NCBI GenBank assembly: GCA_013239625.1
Contig: MU053810.1
Location: 1,685,518-1,749,517, forward strand
Reading direction: 5' to 3'
Length of the DNA: 64,000 nucleotides
Origin: Lama guanicoe
Lineage: Eukaryota
In this document: in pieces, positions 1 to 12,516 of the stretch
Layout: each line of letters starts with the position of its first letter
Numbering within the stretch: position 1 is the first letter of the stretch
Made by a program: the position numbers and the translations under genes
The notes under the pieces: generated by a model
What the model was told of the DNA's origin: nothing
What the model saw: only the letters and a program-made list of their open reading frames with translations
Databases searched by the model: none

Positions 1-59
1 GGAGGCAAAAAGCTTTTAAAGGGGAAGAAAGTGGCAAAGCTAAAGACGGGAGCATTGAA

Positions 60-222
60 AGAAGATCATCGTTAAACAGCTGAAACAATGCCAACAACTT
101 CCCATTCCAGAGTTCTTGATGTGTAAAAATGTAAATCAAATAAAGTAAAATAAAATAAAATAAAATAAAATAAACCAGTGTTTGTTTAAGCCACTTAGAT
201 TTGCTGCAACCAAAAGCATTTA
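60..222 (+). mobile_element. MaLR (MLT1-like) LTR 3' end containing a (TAAAA)n tract at 146-174
   Basis: tttgtttaagccact...ttgctgcaaccaaaagcatt is an MLT1-like terminus; five TAAAA units are directly visible. Confidence 0.5.
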
Positions 223-3200
223 AAATACTGTTAAATACATTTAAAAATATTTAGAAAATACTGAACAGCCCCAAAAAGAGAAGGAAATCACTATTAATAT
301 GGGCACTGAGGAATTATCACTGTTACCATTTTGTAGTGTATGCTCTCAGCCATAAGAAGGGGTCTTGCAGAACATACTGTTTTAGAAATTGTTCTTTTTG
401 GTCTAATTATGTTATGACCATTTTCTCATGTCATGAAATACTCATTTGCAAAGCTCATGTCTGCGTGGTGGTCCATTGGTTTGATAAACCATGATTAAAT
501 ACTCTTCACTGAAATTTCATTTAAAAATTAAGGATTGATTACTTTAAGTACTTTCCTTTCCAGTCTCTTTCCCACAGACCCTCAAAAGAATGTTTCAAGG
601 TTTGTTGTTCACTGTTGCTTTTGTTGAGTGCTTCTTTGTTTACCAATAAAATGTAAAATGAACAGCAAAAAAGAAAAAGGTAGTGCTAAGTCATTTGAGT
701 GAGGAGGGCCTCTCAGCCATGAGAAAATTGTATTTTTGTTTTCACAGTGTTCCATCTCCCCCTTGAGAAATCTGACAGAAAGTTCTGAGAAGATAAAATC
801 TGGTGAGGGTTGACTGAGGGAGTGATTATGGTGCTAAGGAGATTCTCTTCATTACGTTTGATAGCAGTCTTATAATTTGTTTTACCATGTTCCTTTCGTG
901 ATACATTCTCAAAGTAGCTTTTATGTAAAGGTAACATGGCATAGTTGTGATGTAATGAGCCTTAAAATACAAAATCAATATGTAATATTGATGCTAAAGA
1001 AAAACAGAACATTTCTCTTAGCACATATTCAGAAAATGAATTCACTGAAAATATGAGTCTAACAACTTATTCTTTGCCACAGAATTTGTCAGAGGAAACT
1101 GAGCCAGTGGGTTCAGGAAAATAAACAAACTCTGTCTTTCTTGTCACTGAAAATAAGGAGACAGTGAGTAGGAGAGGTTTGTTCTAGCAGATGCGGACTG
1201 TCTGTGGAAGGATTCCCAGCTGTGGGAAACCGTGAGGAGTGGCGAGGGAAAGTGTTGAAGGGTTTCAGGTCAAAGCGATGATTCACGCAGAGAAAATCTA
1301 ACCGTGTCCTTTCTCACTGAGACCGAGGTACCAAATGCTTAGTCTGCATGTAGGAGTTTGTGATGATGTTTTCATAAATTTGTAATTTCCCTTGTGTTTT
1401 CATTTGTAATTCCATATATGTATGGGTGAAGGTGTGATCATGAAAAAATTAGTGGGTTTCCATAGCAACATAACAGGAAATCCGTAACATGGAGGTGATG
1501 TGATGAAAACTGTTTCTTCCTCCAAGGTGAAGAAGGGGGGAAGTACAATGAACATAGCGGCCTGATCGCCCAGGTGTAGCCATGGGGTGTAATTCACAAG
1601 GCACTTGATGTGATGGAGAGTTGACTGCAGCCCCGTCGCTCAGGACATGTCATTCTTGTTCTTCTCTCCTCCCCCTAGTATGTAATTTAAGGTAAAATTT
1701 CCTCGGCCCACAGAGTGAGTGGTAACCACTTAGCAGCACAAGTGATGGAAAGAAAAGAGAGGACAGTCTTTTGGTCAGTTAATTACTTTTGCCGGTAATT
1801 TGGTGCATTTTACATTTTGATTTGCGGTTCAATCTGTTGATCTCAAAAATATTCATCACCAAAATACAGTTTTTCCTGGGTGCTTGTCTAAATGAGATGA
1901 AAATCGCATGCAGCCCAAATCATATTCACATGAGCTAGAAGAAAAAAAAAAATCTAAACAACAAAGGGTGAGCTCTGTTGGCAGTTACACGGTAATCACT
2001 ATTACATCTTACGTTGTCCTCACTTGCTACTTTAGTTCAGTTTGAACTTGTTACCATTAAGATGCCAAGGCTCTCATTGGCCAGCAGCTGTAATTCATCT
2101 ATTTCAAAAATTTTCCTCTGCAGAGTGATGAAAGTAAGTCACAAAGAAAAAGTGTGATATAAAGACATGAATGGCATCCAGTTTGGGGACACAGTGACTT
2201 CTAAAAATGATGTGTGGGGATCTTATAACATGATTAAAGGTCTCAGAGGATGGCGCAATTTTGATTACTCATCAGACTGAAAATGGTGGCTCTCATTTCA
2301 GTTCAGTGAAGGCTTACTTGTATCAATTCTGAGTCAAGGAAAGAAAATTGAATTATAAGCCTAAATAAAACACACTCTGGCCAGCCATCGTCAGTCACGT
2401 TACTCTTTATAGATTTCGACTCCCGAGCAACCTCCTCTCAGCATCAGTCCTCTCTTCCCCAGCGGCTGATGTCTCCCTCCCACATCCTTCTCTCCAGCTT
2501 TCATGCGCTTCATATCTTGCAAATGGTGAAGTTTTAATTCCACCCAGTTTCCTCCTTCAGTTATTATGCCTTTCTTGTATTAAAAACTGTCTTTGGTTGA
2601 TGCCTTCATTGAAGAGTTCTCAATGCTCTTAACTCTGCTCTCGAGACTTTACAAAACTGATCCGCTGAAGGCGTGCCCAACACCTTAACAGGTCTAAGGG
2701 CAGATGACAGACCTTCATTCTCCTTGGCTTTTTTGTGGCATTAGGCTCTGCTGATCACCAGTTCCTGATGAAATATTGTCTCCCCTTGGATTCTATTAAG
2801 TAACAAAACCTCATGTTTTTTTTTTTTTAACCGACCTCCCTAAGGGATCATTTTAGTGACTGCTCCTTCTGCCATTTTGTGTACCGTATACCCAAATCTA
2901 CAATCTGCATTCTATATTGTTTTTAATACCTAAACATCATCCTGCAGCTCTTTCTTATTTTGATTTGGCAATTCAGTGTTTCCTAAAATGCACTACATTT
3001 GGACAAGTATCACCACATCTCTTCCCTAACTTTCCTATTTTTCTTTGTCCCCAAAATATAATCATTACTTATTCCTACTCTTCTTTAACCTAGAAGTCGA
3101 ATCTGTCTTTCATGTTTATTAAATGGGTTATACATCGGTCCTGTTCCACTACCATCAATGGTAATATATTTTGAAGGTATTACTCATATAATATTTTTTG

Positions 3201-3344
3201 ATGAATTGTATGAGGGACATGAGAAAAAGAGGACGTGTTGGGTGACATTTAGGACGTGGGCTTGCTCAACTGCGTCAACGGCGGTGTTACTTACTGTAAT
3301 GTACGACACTGGAGAAGAACGCACTGAGAGGGGAAATCCATTTT

Positions 3345-4560
3345 CAACCTGCTAAGTTTGAGATTCCTATAAAACATTCAAATGGAGATGTCAAAAAAAA
3401 AAAAAAACAAACTTAAGATTTCTGAGTCCAGAATTCAGCGGAGAAGTGAGGATTGGAGATAGAAATTTAGGAGTAACCTTACAAGTTGAGAGTACCTAGG
3501 GACTGAGTGTCGCTGGGCAGAGTAGGGTCCTGCACTCAGTCCTGGAGCTCGACAGCACTCACGAGGCGGGAAGGAGGGAGCATGCTTTGAGAGACTGAGA
3601 AATGGCAACCAGCAAGGTAGGAAGAAAACCAAGAGTGCAGTGTCCTTGAAGACGTTTGAATGTAGGTTTCAGCTATGTAGAATGTTCCTGAGAATCTGAT
3701 TGAGGTGAGGACTGAAAAGTGACTGTCAGGGCCAGGTGACCCACTGCCTCCAGGTGGCACAGTGCCCCCGGCCCACCATACATGTTAGGGGCCCACAAAA
3801 TGCTTTAGTTTTCATTTCTTTGAAACTTAGAAGGAAAAAATGAATATAATAAAAATGAATATAAATAATGAATCCAGCATGAGCTATATTTACCTTTATA
3901 ACAATGCACGTAAATTATAATTTTTAATACTTTCCATGAAAGAAAGAACCCTTCGAGGTCTTAATGTGGCCCTGCTGAGCACTGGCTGGGCAGTGTGGGG
4001 TCACTGCTCCCCTTGAAAGGAATAGCATGAAGGAGTCTTGGGAACAGAAACCTGCTAAGTGTGGCTGCAGGGAAGAGTTGGAGAGGACATGGAATGGGGT
4101 GACAGGAGACTGCATTTGCTACAAACCTTTAAAAGAATTTTGTACAGGGGTGCTGAAAAATGGAATCATAGCTGGAAAAGTAGTGAAGCCAAAGAAATTT
4201 TTTTATTTTGTGTGAAACGGAGCCGAAGGAGGTGTGTGTTGGCATGCGGGTGTGTGGTGTTTGGGAAAACGAGGAAGACGTATCTTTCAGAGAATACACC
4301 TCAAGGAGCAGAGTCCGGCGGGTTGAAACTCATGGAGGTGGGGCCTCAGTACCCAGTGGGAGGAGCCAGCCTCGGACGGGAGGCAGTTCTTCCTGGTGGC
4401 TTCTGCTTCCACAGTGAAATTAAAAATAGAGTCATCAGCTGAGAGTGAGGAAGTCTGAGAGTAGATGGGAGATTTGAAGAGAGGACAGAGTATGCACTTC
4501 TACGTTGAGAGAATGGATTATCGAGAGAGATGTAAGAAGACTACTGAGAGAGACAGAACG
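3345..4560 (-). mobile_element. L2 LINE fragment (interrupted by the MITE at 3727-3974)
   Basis: gctaagtttgagattcct...aatggagatgtca...ggagatagaaatttaggagt...caaggtaggaagaaaacca...gaggtgaggactga is purine-rich reverse-strand L2 sequence. Confidence 0.65.
3727..3974. mobile_element. Non-autonomous hAT (Tip100-type) MITE inserted in an L2
   Basis: Perfect 8-bp terminal inverted repeats cagggcca (3727-3734) and tggccctg (3967-3974), AT-rich core, ggggcccac subterminal motif; L2 sequence continues on both sides. Confidence 0.7.
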
Positions 4561-6039
4561 TAAGAAAATTGGAAATGTTAACGACAGTAGTTATCTCTGG
4601 GTAGTAGAATCAATTTTGATTTTTATTTTACTTTCTGTAATTTTCATTTTCAAAGTTTTTCCATGGAAGTACTTTTGATGCTTTATAAAGCTATTAAAAA
4701 TAATTAAAAAAAAACCAACAGGCTTTCTATCCCTTATATCTTGTCTTGGTCCTATTTTCTGTAAGAATTTTTCCTGGACCAACTCCAGCTCCTTGTTAAA
4801 ATTCCACTGTGACTTAATCTCCAGTGTGTGATGGTATTCTGTTATATACATTGTCATATGTTACTTTAACTGCTTTTTGTATGAATATATTGTTTTACTA
4901 ATGAAATTACCAAATCGTTACTGCCAACAACTAGGTCCTGTATAGACATTTCTTGGTTTTAATGCATAGGTGTGCACAAATGTCTCAGACATCAGTCTTC
5001 TTTGTTGACACGTGGGTTTCCTCTCACCTTCGGTGGCAGAGCCTGCTCTCCCCTTGCAGGTGGTGTAATCCCCAGCTTGTCCTGAATCAGACACATCCCT
5101 TCCTCCCTTCAGCCCCTTCCAAATGCATCGCAGTTTTTACTGAGACCGTGAGACCATCCGCAGAACCGGATGTGAGGAGGGCGAACAAAGAGAAGGGGAG
5201 AGAGAACCCTGCACCCTCACCTTCTCACCTTCACCCCTCACCTCCTCCCTGCAGTGCTCCTTAAGTGTCCTAGTCTCATGCGGCTAATAGGGAAGATGTA
5301 GGACTTAGTCTCCTGGGTCAGCAGTCAATTCTCAGTGCTGAAGACAATGGGCGATAAGTTGTTCTAGAGTCTGAAGTGAGAACTTAGACTCGTCTCAGAG
5401 GAGATCAAACTACAGAAGAGCTTGTATAAGAAAGATGATACCTCATTAGGGAGAAGAGTCTTCAGAGGGAGTTGATGAGAGTAAATAGGCATGTGATGTT
5501 TCCCCTCCCTCCTCTTAGACCCCCCCCGCCCCGGATAACTCTGCGGGGAAGGCTGTAGCTTGTAATGGGAGCAAGGACAAAGGGCAACAGTGTGCACTGT
5601 CCCCATCGTTCAGTGGAGCCAAGAAAGGTAGCCTGGCTTGAGAGATCTCAGAATGAATGAAGCCAGAAAAGGGGCGGGAGTAAAACTAGAGACCAGCACC
5701 CCTCCAGGTCCCTGAGCTCGGGGTCCATGGGAGCGGGGACTAGCTTTAGGTGAGGCAGCAATCTTCATTTCTTAATCCTGAACTCTAGTACTTAAAAAAT
5801 GGTACTATGCCTTAATTCCTGAAATGATGTGCCACATTCCTGAGATGTCATCCAGGGTAAAGGCACAGACCCACTAGTGTTTGCAGGCTGTAGTGGGAAA
5901 CAAAGTAAAGCAGCATCCTCTGGGGTCGGCAGATTCATGTAACTAAAGGACAGTGAAAGTGACAGTGATGGTGAGAGTAACAGTAATCATCATGCTACCA
6001 GTACTAGAGGTAGCAGCAGCGGTAACCATGGTGATAGAC

Positions 6040-6240
6040 ATCCTCACAGAAGGCCTAGCAAGTGCACGTCACTTGAGGTGTTATTTCTAACCTTTACCAC
6101 CAAATAGCCGTGCAGTCGTTCTATCTCCAACAAGCATAGGAGGGAACTGAGGCTCGAGGAGGTGAATAACTCACGGTCACACAGGCAAGCTCCACTTACG
6201 CACAAGCTTGACTGTCTGGCCGTGTCGATCATATGACTCA
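6040..6240 (-). mobile_element. MIR SINE
   Basis: gggaactgaggctcgaggaggtgaataactcacggtcacacag core. Confidence 0.6.
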
Positions 6241-8164
6241 TAGGTTGAATTAGAAAAAAATAGGAGGTCTCTGAGTGGACAGGGTTATTGCTGTCATGAA
6301 GCCAGTTTAATTTTCCTCTAATGTGACGCAGGATATCCTATATACTGCATAGTGTATGTTTTCTTCAGAGCATAGCATTTATCACTATTCCTTAGTCCAT
6401 GTTAAGGTTGCTGGTTATTTGTTTAAATATTTTTCCCCCAATAGAAAGATTTACCAGGCTGGAAACCATGTCGTTGTTGTTTACCATTATATTCCTAGTG
6501 CCTCCATTAGTACTTTTCAAAGGTTGAATAATAGATTATGATCTTCTGGAAGAGACTACTTTTGAGATTTCTGAAGGGAAGGTGTGTGGATTGATGGAGA
6601 AGCGGGGAAGAGATTAGCCTGGGCAAACATATAAAGGCAGCTTCTAACAGGTGACAAGTAAACTTTTTTTTTTTTTTCATTGTAATGAATTATAAGATTA
6701 AGTCTGCCTTTATGGGGCATGGTCCTAAGAAGACTGATTCACAGTGACCCTACTTCACTGTCCCAGTCAAGGTTCTAAAACGGCTCTGAGAGAGTTACTA
6801 TGCCACGGTGACTTCCAAAAGTCTTCCTGATGAACGGACGCCAATGCAGAAGAGGTTTTATTCAGTTTAGGGTATTTTGGACATTAGCGTTTATTCGGTT
6901 CACAGTGTTTTGGCTTTTGTTGTTTGGATTCATATCCTCTGAATGAAAATTATTTCAGTATGTTTACCCCTTAGAAGTAAGGTTGTATGTATTTATCTAA
7001 AAGAAAACAACTTCACAAGGGGACATGAACAAAAGAAGGAAAATTCAACACATTGATCTAGAGGATTATACCTAAGGAAGACATCTTTATTAATTCTTTT
7101 AGATTAACCTTTGTACTCGGTTCTGTAAGTGGTTCCAGATGCAAAGTTAAAACTCGGCAGTTCTCCCTATCAGACTTCCTGGAATGCTATTCTCTGCCGA
7201 TCTATCTTCCTCAGAGTTTGAAATATTTGAAATAAATCTTCAATACATCTTTAGAAATTCCCTGAAGAGAAACTTCATCTTCCATTTGTTTCATCTCAAG
7301 GAATTTAATTCAGAATCTTGTATCGTAATCAAGGGGAGGGCATAAGTCAGGAAAGAGACAAATCTCTTTGGGACAAAAGCTGATTGTTAAACAAGATGCT
7401 CTGGTTGATCTTTCTCAAAATGGACAGATTATGTCTTGTTACCAGTAACCGTTGAATGGAAAATTAGTCAGGTCAGCAGGTCAGCAGGTCAGCGATGACT
7501 GTTCCTGGATCCGCCCGCCTTGCCCTTTTCACGCTACTGTGGTGTTTCTCAAGTTGTGTCCATTAGGACTTAGAGATAGTCAGCAATCTAAAAAACGCCA
7601 TATCCCTGCTCAAATAAGTGTAGAGATTACCACATACCACATTCCACTCTTGGAAATTTATGTTACATTGAAAACTTTAAGAAATCCTACCATTTTTAGG
7701 AAATATTGTCCTAAGCTGAATTAACATAGCATTAGGGGGGAAAAAAATCAAGGCACAGAGAACAGATATTATAGCAGTCCTAAATTTCTCCCATCTGCTC
7801 TCCAATGCCCTGTGCAGAGTAGATACTGAGTAAATATTATGTGAGGGAGAGGACAAAGATGTTAGTGGCAATTAAGAAGAGATCTGTGCAAAGTAAGTCA
7901 GGTAAAATAATATAAAGGCAGAAAAGGACTCAGGCCAGTTCACCAGTATTCTAAAAGGATGGAGAGAGGCTATTACCAATATTTAAGTTGAAAGAAATCT
8001 CATCATCACCTTTTTCTAATAGAGGTTATGTCATTTGATATCTTTCCAAATTCCCATTCATCCCCAATCTTCTATATATATTTTTTTTGCCTTTAGAACC
8101 TTCTAAGTATATAAATTTTACTGTAATTTTTAAAGTTTCTTATTTTATATTGCTATTTTAAAGT

Positions 8165-8466
8165 CACTTTATTGAGGTACTATAGACATAGAAAAAACTC
8201 TAGATATTGAATGATATCTTGAATGAAGTTGTATTGATATACAACTTGATGGGTTTGGAGATAACTATTCACTCATGAAACCATCACCCCAGTCAAATCT
8301 ATAAATAAATCCATCTCCTCCCAAAGTTTCCTCCCACCCAATTGATTGACTAATTTTTATATTTATTTTACTTTTGTGGTAAGAGATCTATACTCCTAAC
8401 AAAATTTGAAGTCTATAGTACAATATTTTTTAACTATAAGGCCCTGTGTTGTACAGTAGATCTTCA
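8165..8466 (-). mobile_element. Old L1 (L1MA-like) 3' end fragment
   Basis: ctttattgaggta...catgaaaccatcacc...tgttgtacagtagatct resembles the reverse complement of the L1MA 3' UTR. Confidence 0.7.
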
Positions 8467-8468
8467 AA

Positions 8469-8604
8469 ACAGATTTTGTTTTTTCAGAACTCTTCAATGG
8501 ATAACAAGTTTGTGATAGATGCAAAATTTAGATCACAGATTTTGTTTTTTCAGAACTCTTCAATGGATAACAAGTTTGTGATAGATGCAAAATTTAGATC
8601 ACAG
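8469..8604. repeat. Perfect tandem duplication, 2 x 66 bp plus 4-bp ACAG microhomology
   Basis: acagattttgttttttcagaactcttcaatggataacaagtttgtgatagatgcaaaatttagatc at 8469 and 8535, then acag at 8601. Confidence 0.95.
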
Positions 8605-8824
8605 GTGGATTAAGAACATGAATAAAACTGGATTTTTAAAAAGATTTTGTAATGCAATCAAGATAAAGTTATATGGATTGAAGATTTCCTTTATTTACAT
8701 ATAAAATAAAGGATGAAAAATCAGATCAGAATTGAGATCAACAAATGTCTTGATTAGTTTTCTGAAGGAAAAATAATAAAAACTTGGACCTTTTCTGATC
8801 CTGGGACAATACATTGCCTAGTTT

Positions 8825-8991
8825 CTTTTTTTTTTTTTAAAGAGTGACTTTATTTAGTTTTTTTGGGGGGGGTGGGGGAGGTAGTTATGTTTATTTATTT
8901 ATTTGTTTTTAGAGGAGGCGCCGGGGATTGAACCCAGGACCTCGTGCATGCTAAGCATGTGCTCTGCCACGTGAGCTACGCCCTCCCCCCT
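8825..8991 (-). mobile_element. tRNA-Ala-derived SINE (camelid Vic-1 type), full length with a 15-bp TSD
   Basis: Minus strand reads ggggggagggcgtagctcacgtggcagagcacatgcttagcatgcacgaggtcctgggttcaatccccgg... then an A-rich tail. Perfect TSD tacattgcctagttt at 8810-8824 and 8992-9006. Confidence 0.9.
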
Positions 8992-9222
8992 TACATTGCC
9001 TAGTTTGAAAAAAAGAGAGAAAGAATCCTGTCCCGTAACTCAGGGAGGTTACATATTTACATTTCTTTAACTTTGTGAAATAGAATATTACATTTTCTCA
9101 AATTTCTGCTTATACGGGTTAACCTTAATAGCATGACATGCCTTCATCCCCTTGTTTCCATGACGTATTTAGCAGTGGCTGTTGAGTTTTGAGCATTGTC
9201 TCAATGCCATAACATGTCATCA

Positions 9223-9361
9223 TTTTTTTTTTACATTTTTTATTGATTCATAATCATTTTACAGTGTTGTGTCAAATTCCAGTGTTCAGCACAATTTTTC
9301 AGTCATTCATGGACATATACACACTCATTGTCACATTTTTTTCTCTGTGATTTATCATAAC
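9223..9361 (-). mobile_element. Short 5'-truncated L1 3' end with TSD
   Basis: Poly-T followed by ttattgattcataatcattttacagtgttgtgtcaaattccagtgttcagcac. gtcatcattttt is repeated at 9216 and 9362. Confidence 0.75.
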
Positions 9362-10559
9362 GTCATCATTTTTTATAATACATTATTTTCTATACCATAT
9401 TGCTGCCTCCAATGAGAATTACTGTCATGTAGTGTTTTTAAATGTTTCCATACAAATTGGCAACCTGAACATATTAGATATTGTTACTCCTTGAGTGGAA
9501 AAGCAGCTTCTCTTTTAGGCTGGTGCATTAAATTATATTTCCAGTGATGCACTGAAAACATTACAAACTCATTACAGGAGAGGCTTTCTTCTAGGACATT
9601 CTCCCCCAGTGTTTGTAAGCTTAGCTCTAAAGAATTTAGATCAGTTGAATTGTTTTGTCTGAGAAAAATACCTTCTTGTCTAAAAGTTTCTCTTTTTAAT
9701 GATAATTGTAATCAGTAATTTTCTATTTGAAAATGGTCTTTCTGATATCTTCTTTCACATGGAAGAGAATTGTAAGATCATCTAAGTGGAGAATATTTAA
9801 ATGTATCTTTAAAACACCACCATAATTAGGAAATGATCCTTAAAGTAATACATCTTTCGAATTGGAAAGATATTTAAGTAGTCAATATAAACCCACAACA
9901 TGGAAAGTAAGTTCCCCAGAGAGCAAGACCCTCTCCACCTTTCAGTGCTATATCCAGCCCCCACAACAACATCTGGCCTGAGTCAACCCTCAGATGGATA
10001 AATAGAGGAATAAATGAAATATGTAAAGAATGGCTTTCTTTTCCAGACATTCATAGGGATGTACTAAATCCCAGATCTGATCTCTCTCTTCAAAGGGAGA
10101 TTAATATGACTAGCAATAGAAACAAGAAACACAAACAAATATCTATAAGCACCAAAAATATTCTCCATGTCATGGGAAAGTTGAAAGATGACAGGAAAGT
10201 TCAAAGGAATGCAAGACATCTGCCTGGCAGGGATAGAAATGGCTCAAGAAAGAAGAAGATGAAGCTGGAGAAGAAGGTGTAATTTTGGCAGGGGTGGTTT
10301 GTGGGGGAGTAAAATTTCCCAGGAAAGGGAAACAGAAATGAGAGCAAGCAGAAAGGACCTGAAAAAACAGTGAAGGCTAGGAGACCCCGCCTTGCCTATC
10401 CTGGGGAGAAAACTGGGTAGATACATTTGTGGTGGGTCAAGGAGGGCATTAAGTGACAGACCATGCCATTTGGAGCTGTTTTATTATCATCTTTCACCAT
10501 AAATTGGTTCTCTTTCCCGTGATCTTTATCATAAGCAATGACAAGGAATGCCCTGAGCT

Positions 10560-11190
10560 TCTCTCTATTCACTTATCTCAGTGGTAGCATTTATACCGTA
10601 GACATCCCGTCTTTTGAAATCACCACCTCTTTGGGTCTCTGTGATGCTCTTTCCTAGTTTATTCCCTCTTTCTCTGACCAACTCTGGCTCCTTCCATGCT
10701 CACTCTCATCCATCAAGAAAGCTGGCTTCAGCACCCCTGTCCTCTGGCCTGCCTTTACATATGGACCGCTGTGACAGCCAGCCTCTTGTCTGTATCCCGC
10801 CTCCACATGGCTCCTCCAGGTGGCTAAGTCCTGAGAATTTCCAGTTTGGATAATCATCATCTCCACCTCCTAAACTTTGCTCCTTATTTCATCAGTCTTT
10901 CCACTTTTCTTCCAGTTTTGCAGGATCTACATTTTAAAATTAACTTTGCTTTTTCCTTTTTTGATCATCTCTGCTCCTTTTTTCCCCCATAGACTCTGTT
11001 TGACCCATCCCTTCCTTTCCGTTCTCACTGCCAACAGTTAGGTCACCTCACACCTGGTTTATTCCAGTCACTCCCAGCTCCTCACTGGGCTCCTTGTCTA
11101 CCATTACTCCCTCAGCAGGGAGTATAATTCTACCAAACTGAACTGGAATGTATTTTTATTACTCTCCTTCCTGCTTAGTTTCACAGTAGA
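10560..11190 (+). mobile_element. L2 LINE fragment
   Basis: Pyrimidine-rich degenerate sequence with ctctcactgcc...ggtcacctcacacctggtttattccagtcactcc...ctgggctcc; boundaries approximate. Confidence 0.5.
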
Positions 11191-11682
11191 AGTCAGCCAG
11201 CGTTTATAGCCAACCCATCATGTGCTACACCGAGCAGTAGGCAGAGGAGGTCACCATGACAAATGCCTTCCCTGCTCTACAGGGACATTCAGTTTAGTGT
11301 GGGTGAAAAAACTCACAAACTTAAGTTGCTCACAATGAAATAAGTAATAAAATGCCCTAAAACTCCTTCTATCATTTTCTATTACTTTGACATAATCTTG
11401 TTTATTTTAACCTTGATAGTAAATTCTTCACATCATTTAAAAATAAATTTAGTACTCTCTTACTTAAGAGGCTGATTTTTTAAAAATTGACACCAGCAGC
11501 TAATATTACGGTGTTTTATAATTTGAAAGATAAGTGAATCTTTAACCCATAGTTAGATTTTTGAAAACAATTGTCTTGAGATTCAGAGAAAATAAATTTT
11601 ACTTGGACTGTAGATGGTCTCCAAGCAAGACACACATACCTATAAACTAACATTTGGTTTTGTTTAGTTCAAAAGCGAAGCC

Positions 11683-12516
11683 AAAAATGGGCAAAGGTCT
11701 TTGATAGGTATTTCCCCAAAGAAGACACACAAATGACCAACAAGTACATGAAAAAGTGTTCGCCACAACTAATCATCAGGAAAATGCAAATCAAAACCAC
11801 AACGAGATATCGTTTCACACTTGTTAGGATGGCTGTTATGAAAAAATAAAATAAAGAAAAGATCGCAAGTGTTGGCAGGAATGTGATGGGATTAGAACAC
11901 TTGCACGTAGTTCTGGAGAATGTAAAAAGGTGCGGCTGCCATGGAAAATGGTATGCAGGTTCAAAAAATTAAAAGCAGAACTATTATATAATCCAGCAGC
12001 CTCACTTGTGGATATTTATCTAAAAGAATTGAAATTAGAATCTTGAAGCGATATTTGCACTGCTATGTTTATTGCAGCATCATTCACAGAGCCAAGGCAT
12101 AGAAACAACCTGAATGTCCATCAATAGATGAATGGATAAAGAAAATGTATACATATGATGGATTATTAGCCTTAAAAAAGAGGGAAATCCTGCCATACTC
12201 ACCTGCATGGATGAACTTTGAAGACTATGCTGGGTGTGACAGGTTAGTCACAGAAGGACAAATACTGCGTGATACTACGTGTAGGGTGTACCTAAAGTGA
12301 TCAGACTCATAGAAGCAGAGCGTAGAATGATGGTTGCCAGAGGCTGTGGGAAGGAGGAAATGGGGAATTGTTCAGTGGGTTCAGTTACACAATATGGGTA
12401 AGTTCTAGAGATCTGCTGTGCAATTTGTCCTTATGCTTAACAATACTGTCTTGTGCACTTAAACATTTAAGAGGGTAGATCTCATATTAAGTGTTCTTAC
12501 TACAATTTTTAAAAAA
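11683..12516 (+). mobile_element. Old L1 (L1MA-like): degenerate ORF2 C-terminus and 3' UTR
   Basis: aaaaatgggcaaagg...aatgcaaatcaaaaccacaacgagatatc...aatgtccatcaatagatgaatggataaagaaaatgt...gggtagatctcatattaagtgttcttac; no intact ORF. Confidence 0.88.

Noticed and set aside
8469..8604. CRISPR-like or regularly spaced repeat array
   Set aside because: Simple head-to-tail duplication with no spacers; eukaryotic context and no cas genes.
8916..8990. tRNA-Ala(AGC) gene (also ~33335-33403)
   Set aside because: The tRNA-like head is followed by a SINE body and A-rich tail and is flanked by TSDs, so it is a SINE.
11683..12516. Active L1 ORF2
   Set aside because: Only a short degenerate 3' fragment with stops and frameshifts.
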